Below the pieces are notes generated by a model. The model was given only the letters and a program-made list of their open reading frames with translations, had not been told where the DNA came from and searched no databases. From positions 1 to 23,150 of the IMG/VR virus record IMGVR_UViG_3300045988_011306: a stretch of 23,150 nt of DNA; one strand, 5' to 3'. Each line of letters opens with the position of its first letter. The first letter of the stretch is position 1. Both the position numbers and the translations under genes were made by a program. The DNA comes from a virus. This document shows positions 7,149 through 12,343 of this stretch, piece after piece.

Positions 7149-7177
7149 AGTATAACATACACGTATATATATGTAAA
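7149..7177 (-). promoter_or_regulatory. SigA-type early promoter: TTTACA, 17-nt spacer, TATACT with a TG extension
   Basis: -35 at 7177..7172 and -10 at 7154..7149. It shares the 20-nt block ATACGTGTATGTTATACTAT with the promoter at 6393..6421. Confidence 0.7.
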
Positions 7178-7192
7178 GCACTTTTTTTTAGG

Positions 7193-7226
7193 AAAATAAA
7201 AAGTAGCCCTGCATAAACAGAGCTAC
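7193..7226 (-). terminator. Intrinsic terminator (second of two after the lysis genes)
   Basis: Minus strand reads GTAGCTCTG-TTTATG-CAGGGCTAC (9 bp with one G-U pair), followed by TTTTTATTTT. Confidence 0.65.
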
Positions 7227-7280
7227 CACATATTAACATCAACATGAATATTAACCTAAAAACCATATATATTATAGCAC

Positions 7281-7313
7281 AAAAAAATAGCCTATGAACT
7301 TAATCATAGGCTA
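7281..7313 (-). terminator. Intrinsic terminator, potentially bidirectional
   Basis: Perfect 10-bp stem TAGCCTATGA / TCATAGGCTA with a 6-nt loop, flanked by an A7 run on one side and an A/T run on the other. Confidence 0.75.
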
Positions 7314-7340
7314 AAATATAAAAAAAATAGTTGAAGGATT

Positions 7341-7424
7341 TGTGTCATAATTTCAGATTTTGACACTTTTTATGAAATTTAATTGTAATTTTTGCACAAA
7401 ATGTGCAATTTTGACACTTTTATG
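7341..7424. repeat. Non-coding repeat cluster between the endolysin stop and its terminator
   Basis: Direct repeats attttgacac-ttttt-atg (7357..7374) and attttgacac-tttt-atg (7408..7424). There is also an inverted GTGTCA copy (7343..7348) and the palindrome TTGCACA-AAA-TGTGCAA (7392..7408). Confidence 0.8.
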
Positions 7425-7440
7425 TGCCATTTCTCTTATT

Positions 7441-8205
7441 TTAAGCTACTTCAATTAATGGGCCACATTTTACCCATACCCCACCAATTTTAGCAAGGTT
7501 CTTTTGTGCGTTGACTTCATCAACACGAATTCTAGTTACGTAGACAACTGCATTTGTTGTATGTAGCACATTGTCATTGTATCCATCAGAATAGCGAACT
7601 TTATCCACTAGACGAATTGGAAACCAACCACCTAATTGTGCAAGGTATGCACATAAATCACCATTGATTTGTTTAAGCCCTTCATCTCCAATTTTCATTT
7701 GGACTGATGTCACATAGCTTCCTGCGTGCAAGATTTGGTCAATCGCTTCTGCGTGTTGTGGAATACTTGGCTTTGTAGCTCCTGTATTTGCAAAACATTT
7801 AGGTCTAAATGCAGTATCGAATGTAGCAAAATAAGGTAATTTAATTAAATTGAATGCTCCGCCTTTTCCACCTTGATTTTGGCCCAAGAACCATCCTTGC
7901 TTTCCGTCAATATCAGAATCAAAGATTGCGATATGACTGTATGGCGTAACTCCTGCTACTTCTTTAAAGACTGCGATATCTCCTGCTTGCATAATTGAGA
8001 CCTCATTGCAGTAGCTTAAAATTCCATTTGTTTTTCGATTGTTCCAAATATCCTTAACGTAGCCACTTGTCGTACAATGGATAGCTTTATAGCCTAAATC
8101 AATCATGTACTTTGCGAATCCGTCCCAACACTGCGCACCATAGTATCCGTCAATGTCGAATGCTTTGCCTAATACGGCTTTTTTAAAACTTTGATAATCT
8201 ATCAA
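7441..8205 (-). CDS. Endolysin: N-terminal CHAP domain plus a C-terminal SH3-like wall-binding domain
   Basis: GYYGAQCWDGF (catalytic Cys) and PYSHIAIF (His) are CHAP signatures. The start is TTG at 8205 (4 nt after GGAGG) or ATA at 8202 (7 nt after). Confidence 0.8.
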   Translation of the reverse strand: MIDYQSFKKAVLGKAFDIDGYYGAQCWDGFAKYMIDLGYKAIHCTTSGYVKDIWNNRKTNGILSYCNEVSIMQAGDIAVFKEVAGVTPYSHIAIFDSDIDGKQGWFLGQNQGGKGGAFNLIKLPYFATFDTAFRPKCFANTGATKPSIPQHAEAIDQILHAGSYVTSVQMKIGDEGLKQINGDLCAYLAQLGGWFPIRLVDKVRYSDGYNDNVLHTTNAVVYVTRIRVDEVNAQKNLAKIGGVWVKCGPLIEVA

Positions 8206-8225
8206 GAATCCTCCTTTCTGTACCA

Positions 8226-8255
8226 ATTATAGCACATAAAGGAGGTTTCTATCAC
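8226..8255 (-). promoter_or_regulatory. Extended -10 promoter directly upstream of the endolysin
   Basis: Minus strand reads GTGATA, an 18-nt spacer that ends in TGC, then TATAAT. The extended -10 TGCTATAAT lies at 8234..8226, followed by AAAGGAGG. Confidence 0.5.
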
Positions 8256-8689
8256 TGATATACTGAGAACATTTCTCTTAATTTATCTCTGACCATTTCT
8301 CTTTCTTCTTGAAAGTCGCTAGATGATTTCATTTCTTCCAAAATTCCATACATGGCATTCAGAAAAGATTCTAACTCACGAATAGAAGTTCGCTTATCTA
8401 TTTCATTGTTATCTTTTCGATATTCTTTTTTTGCTTCTATATATCTTCTGAAATGGCTATTCATCAATGCGATATTATCATCAATTTCTGTTCCTTCAAT
8501 ATTTGTATCATTTGTTCTTAATGAATTTATAGCCATTCTTCCATCACTCATAGCTAATATCGTATCAATATCTTTGATGTTGTCTAATGCTTGGCTCATG
8601 ACTCTAAAGTCTAAATCATTATATCCTTTTTCTAGTCCTCTCATTGCTTCGGTTAAGAGGTCTAGATTCCTTTTTCTAACCTCTTGCAT
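8252..8689 (-). CDS. Hypothetical all-helical acidic protein (island gene F)
   Basis: ATG follows AGGTG. No signal peptide or recognisable motif. Confidence 0.5.
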   Translation of the reverse strand: MQEVRKRNLDLLTEAMRGLEKGYNDLDFRVMSQALDNIKDIDTILAMSDGRMAINSLRTNDTNIEGTEIDDNIALMNSHFRRYIEAKKEYRKDNNEIDKRTSIRELESFLNAMYGILEEMKSSSDFQEEREMVRDKLREMFSVYQ

Positions 8690-8696
8690 GATACAC

Positions 8697-9116
8697 CTAC
8701 GCTAATTTCTTAATGATGATATTTGCGTTCTGAACAGATAAATCTAAGCCACTGTTATTTCCTAAAGTAATTGTGTAAGAAGCTCCACAAGGTACTTGAA
8801 TCAATGTTGCTCCACTAACATTTCCGTATGCACTTGCAGTAGCTACATTATATAGAGATTCTGTTCCTCCTACTGCTTCTCCATTCTGTTCTAATTCTAA
8901 AGAAGCAACTCCTACTGTTGTGCTTGTGATGTCTGCCGTATATTCTACCTCATAGATTCCTTGCTTAGTCAATGTAAATAGTCCACTTCCTACATCATGA
9001 GCAAGCCAACCTTTACAAGCACATTGACATGATTTCGTTCTTACTCTATCCGTTGGAAATAAAACATTTTGTCCGTTTACTACTGTCTGAATTGCCGTTG
9101 CTATACTATTAATCAT
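8697..9116 (-). CDS. Stand-alone BclA C-terminal-domain-like (C1q/TNF-like jelly-roll) protein (island gene E)
   Basis: It aligns by eye along its length with the B. anthracis BclA C-terminal domain: NVLFPTD... / VPFNTV..., GLFTLTKQGIYEVEY / TFVISETGFYKITV, LELEQNGEAVGGT / LTIQVNGVPVPGT, and the terminal ANIIIKKLA / ASIIIEKVA. There are no collagen repeats. ATG has AGGAGG upstream. Confidence 0.65.
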   Translation of the reverse strand: MINSIATAIQTVVNGQNVLFPTDRVRTKSCQCACKGWLAHDVGSGLFTLTKQGIYEVEYTADITSTTVGVASLELEQNGEAVGGTESLYNVATASAYGNVSGATLIQVPCGASYTITLGNNSGLDLSVQNANIIIKKLA

Positions 9117-9132
9117 TTTCTTTTCCTCCTAT

Positions 9133-9163
9133 ATAAAATAAATGGGTAGCCTTTCGACTACCC
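9133..9163 (-). terminator. Intrinsic terminator or attenuator between island genes D and E
   Basis: Minus strand reads GGGTAGTC-GAAA-GGCTACCC (8 bp with one G-U pair, GAAA tetraloop), followed by ATTTATTTTAT. Confidence 0.55.
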
Positions 9164-9198
9164 TATAATCCAAAGGCTATTGCCTAATCTCTTTCGAG

Positions 9199-9810
9199 CT
9201 AGATTTGGTTACATCCACAACCTGTCATATTGTATGCATAATAAGGTGAGCAAGTAAGATATGCAGGCTTTGGCGTTGGTTGCAATGTGTTAATGATATT
9301 TGCAGATTGGGCCTGTTGGCTCAATTGGAAGTTAGCAGTCATTAGTTCTCTATCTCTATCTGCCAATTTATCACGCAATTCTTGCATTGTGTTAGCATTA
9401 ATTAATGCTCTTGTTGCTTCTGCTTCTGAGTGGATTGCAGTTGTAATATCACACGTGTTCTTGAAGTTTTGTGCGTTTACGCCGTCAATCGCTCTTTGTG
9501 TCACGCAACAACATTCTTGATTCTGTTGACCTAGATTCTGCAAACCTAATTGTGTCGTGTATCGGCTCTCTAAAATGTCTCTTGAATTTTGGAAACCTTG
9601 GCTAGATACATTTTGATTTGTGTTGAATAAATCACGTTTAATAAATTCTTGATTCATTAATGTGTCATTTTGCATATTGCCATTGTTTCCCCAATTTCCA
9701 CCAAACAATAGGAATAAAAGGATAATCCAAATCCAATATCCACCACCGAATTCATTATTGTTTCTGTCTGCTAAATCGTACATTGGTTGAATACCATTCA
9801 TGCTTTCCAT
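9199..9810 (-). CDS. Single-pass membrane protein with a Q/N-rich, Cys-containing ectodomain (island gene D)
   Basis: ATG lies 8 nt after AAAGGAGG. It has a GGGYWIWIILLFLLFGGNWG membrane anchor, a CCC triplet, a coiled-coil-like segment and a C-terminal TGCGCNQI. Confidence 0.6.
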   Translation of the reverse strand: MESMNGIQPMYDLADRNNNEFGGGYWIWIILLFLLFGGNWGNNGNMQNDTLMNQEFIKRDLFNTNQNVSSQGFQNSRDILESRYTTQLGLQNLGQQNQECCCVTQRAIDGVNAQNFKNTCDITTAIHSEAEATRALINANTMQELRDKLADRDRELMTANFQLSQQAQSANIINTLQPTPKPAYLTCSPYYAYNMTGCGCNQI

Positions 9811-9834
9811 CTATATTTCCTCCTTTCAACGCAA

Positions 9835-10044
9835 TTAGCGTTTTAGCCCATACTGATAAGTCACATTTTCAAACTGTTGTTTCTGTTGTGGCGTAAGTTG
9901 CCCCATCATATTGTTAAGCAATTCTTGGGGATTCTGCCCACTCTGCATTAATTGTTGTACTTGATTAAATGCTTGTGGATTTCTTTGTTGTAACATACTC
10001 AACAACATCTGTTGAGGATTCATCATATTCATTAAAGGATTCAC
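9835..10044 (-). CDS. Small Q/M/N-rich protein with repeated NPQ motifs (island gene C)
   Basis: GTG start lies 8 nt after AAAGGAG and overlaps the upstream TGA (GTGA). Confidence 0.5.
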   Translation of the reverse strand: MNPLMNMMNPQQMLLSMLQQRNPQAFNQVQQLMQSGQNPQELLNNMMGQLTPQQKQQFENVTYQYGLKR

Positions 10045-10466
10045 TCTTTAAGCTCCTTTCTAGGCGTTTCTTTCTCTGCCCTTGTATTTATATTAGTTCC
10101 GTTTGTTAGACCTAATATCATGGATTCTAGCTTGTCTAAGCGTTGTTCTATGTTGTCTTTCTTCGGTTCTATTTCTTCTTGGAATCTGTATTTCTTGAAA
10201 CTTCCATCTAAAGACTTCATATAGAATACTGAATCATTTCTATCTAGCATAATACTAGGCAAACCATTCACTATCATATTCCTTGCTTCTTGTTCATTAT
10301 TGACCCATTTCCCGTTGAAATCATTTAATGACATATTAGGCGTGATTTGGTTGTTAATATTAATAGGTGGAATGTTTGCTAATTGTTGAATGTTTTGCAA
10401 TTGCGATTCAATCATCTGCTTTTGATTCAATAAATTATTAATTCTGTCATTGATTGGATTATACAT
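10041..10466 (-). CDS. Hypothetical Q/N-rich protein (island gene B, 141 aa)
   Basis: ATG at 10466 (MYNPINDRINNLL) lies 6 nt after GAGGTG. The longer track ORF begins at a TTG inside a TTGACA box. Confidence 0.55.
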   Translation of the reverse strand: MYNPINDRINNLLNQKQMIESQLQNIQQLANIPPININNQITPNMSLNDFNGKWVNNEQEARNMIVNGLPSIMLDRNDSVFYMKSLDGSFKKYRFQEEIEPKKDNIEQRLDKLESMILGLTNGTNINTRAEKETPRKELKE

Positions 10467-10544
10467 TTTGCTCACCTCTTTACACTCATAATTATATTCA
10501 TGAGCAATCTCAATTTGTTTCCACATTAATGTCAAATAAATGTC

Positions 10545-10570
10545 AAAAAAAAGAGGTATTTCAACCTCTT
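10545..10570 (-). terminator. Intrinsic terminator inside the lysis cassette, overlapping the stop codon of the sigma-r4-like gene
   Basis: Minus strand reads AAGAGGT-TGAAAT-ACCTCTT, running into a T8 tract. Confidence 0.7.
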
Positions 10571-10835
10571 AATTCTCATCTAGATACTTTTCTTTTTCAC
10601 TGCTTTTTCTTGGTGGTAGGATTGTGCTAAACTTCTCTACATTATCATACTTGCTCTTTAATCTTTTGATGATTCTATTAACGCTAGAAACACTCATGTT
10701 CAATTTGTCGGCTTGTTCTCTAACTGTCCATCCATATATTCTAGTTCTTAGAATCATTTCTTCCTCTTTTGTTAATAAAGCTAGGTTAATGAATTCTTCA
10801 AGAATAATCTTATTCCAAGGTACTTGATTCGTCAT
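10569..10835 (-). CDS. Small sigma-70 region-4-like / LuxR-type HTH regulator (island gene A)
   Basis: LTKEEEMILRTRIYGWTVREQADKLNMSVSSVNRIIKRLKSKY fits the region 4.2 HTH pattern. Its ATG lies 26 nt inside the 3' end of the holin gene. Confidence 0.55.
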   Translation of the reverse strand: MTNQVPWNKIILEEFINLALLTKEEEMILRTRIYGWTVREQADKLNMSVSSVNRIIKRLKSKYDNVEKFSTILPPRKSSEKEKYLDEN

Positions 10836-11316
10836 TGTCTTGCTCTTCGTTAATGAGTTTATCTGCTACTTCTAATCCTTTAGTTAATACGTTAGGCACG
10901 TTATATCCACATTGTACAAGGTTCTCAATAATGCTACGCACTTCATTAATGCATAAAGAAGCTAACACAAACCAACCCAATAATGTTGTTACATGGAAAT
11001 CAACTCCTAACATTTCTCCAATTTCTACCAAGAATGCACTGAATGTGAACGCAACTACAATCATAATCCAATACCCTAGCTTTTTTAGGACCCCAATCCA
11101 ACCTTTATTGCTATTGATTTTGTGATTAATAGCCGACTTCATGCACCCTGTAATATAATCCACTACATTCATAAATAAGAAGAATGCGAATAAATACCAA
11201 TGCTCACCTAATACGTATGTTAATACGGCTACGGCTACGCCACCCATTGCATTAATCTTATCTAGAAAATACATACTTCTTGTTATTTGTTTAAATCCTC
11301 CATTGTTATTTTCTAT
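10810..11316 (-). CDS. Holin, phage_holin_4_1 / TcdE-type family
   Basis: VVDYITGCMKSAINHKINSNKGWIGVLKKLGY and CINEVRSIIENLVQCGYNVPNVL match the TcdE-like D..TG...A...S...G..KK and NE..SI.EN...G..VP signatures. Three hydrophobic helices. The proposed start is ATA at 11316, 8 nt after AAGGAG. The track's GTG at 11325 is part of the SD. Confidence 0.8.
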   Translation of the reverse strand: MENNNGGFKQITRSMYFLDKINAMGGVAVAVLTYVLGEHWYLFAFFLFMNVVDYITGCMKSAINHKINSNKGWIGVLKKLGYWIMIVVAFTFSAFLVEIGEMLGVDFHVTTLLGWFVLASLCINEVRSIIENLVQCGYNVPNVLTKGLEVADKLINEEQDNDESSTLE

Positions 11317-11328
11317 TAAATTCACTCC

Positions 11329-12342
11329 TTACATGATTTTTAAGTTATCAACCTCTAATTCTAGAGTTCTGTATCCACTCTTAATGACTTCAAATATATT
11401 TCTAATTCTTGCCGTCATTACTAATCCAATATCTGCTACTATAACATCCACTTTATCGCCTAAATCAAAGTCAACCTTGTATTCGTATGAATCCGTATTC
11501 AATCCGAAATTCACATTTTCCTGAATTTGACAATCTGCTAGTTTTTCAATTCCTTTCTGAATGAGTACCTTCTTATATTCATCAAGCGTCATATTGTCGC
11601 CCATACGCTCAGAACGTGCGTCTACGAATAACTTTTTGATTCTTTCGTTCTTATCTATTCTAGCGTCATATTCTACGTAAATACGCTCTTCTGATTGTCC
11701 TTCACCACAAATGATAGCATAGTTCTTATATTTGCTTGAATCAATCATAACGTCAGGTTCTTCAATATTTCCAAACTCTGTTGAAAAGGTAACAAAGTTG
11801 TTTCCATCTGTATTATTCTGAGTTAAATCACGACCACGATACAAAACAAATGTGAATGTACTTGACACATAGTCATATTCTATACGGAACGACAATTCTA
11901 ACGGATACAATAATTCATAAAGTTTTGTATCAAGGTTTGCTCCTGTTTCTTGGAAGTCTACTCTATCGGTAATGGATTCATCATATCTATACCCCATTTC
12001 CCATGAGCAATACTTGTCTAATAGCTTTTTTACAACATCGACAATTTTTCCACTGCTTGAGAATGTAGGATAAATACAATCATCTGCTAGAATCTTTTCA
12101 AAGAAAGAGCCTTTTAGCAACATTTGTTTCGTGTTGTTTGAAACCGAATAATGTGGTATTTCTACGATTCCTAACTCTTTATCCTCAGTTGAATAAATAT
12201 ATTTTATGTCGCTTGAATACTGCCCTATATCAATATAAATTTCAAAGTCTCCTGTTTCATAATATCGCCTATTCCACTGCACGTTATAAGGTGCTAGATG
12301 TGTAACGATATTGAAATCTTTATCTAATCCAAAGTAAGACAT
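11329..12342 (-). CDS. Siphovirus Gp37-like tail (baseplate/Tal-position) protein
   Basis: It lies directly after Dit. The N-terminus NIVTHLAPYNVQWNRRYYETGDFEIYI ... ELGIVE resembles the ReqiPepy6 Gp37-like family (from memory). Confidence 0.55.
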   Translation of the reverse strand: MSYFGLDKDFNIVTHLAPYNVQWNRRYYETGDFEIYIDIGQYSSDIKYIYSTEDKELGIVEIPHYSVSNNTKQMLLKGSFFEKILADDCIYPTFSSSGKIVDVVKKLLDKYCSWEMGYRYDESITDRVDFQETGANLDTKLYELLYPLELSFRIEYDYVSSTFTFVLYRGRDLTQNNTDGNNFVTFSTEFGNIEEPDVMIDSSKYKNYAIICGEGQSEERIYVEYDARIDKNERIKKLFVDARSERMGDNMTLDEYKKVLIQKGIEKLADCQIQENVNFGLNTDSYEYKVDFDLGDKVDVIVADIGLVMTARIRNIFEVIKSGYRTLELEVDNLKIM

Positions 12343-12343
12343 A

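Noticed and set aside
7372-7458. 28-codon plus-strand ORF (MKFNCNFCTKCAILTLLCAISLILSYFN), antisense to the endolysin 3' end and resembling a type I toxin peptide
   Set aside because: There is no SD upstream of the ATG. The ATG sits only 6 nt after the putative -35 box, so no promoter could precede it. An ORF of this length is expected by chance. The repeats here are reported as non-coding instead.
10467-10535. Longer version of island gene B starting at 10535 (MTLMWKQIEIAHEY...)
   Set aside because: The start is a TTG that belongs to one of the twin TTGACA boxes and has no SD. The ATG at 10466 has GAGGTG at the correct distance.
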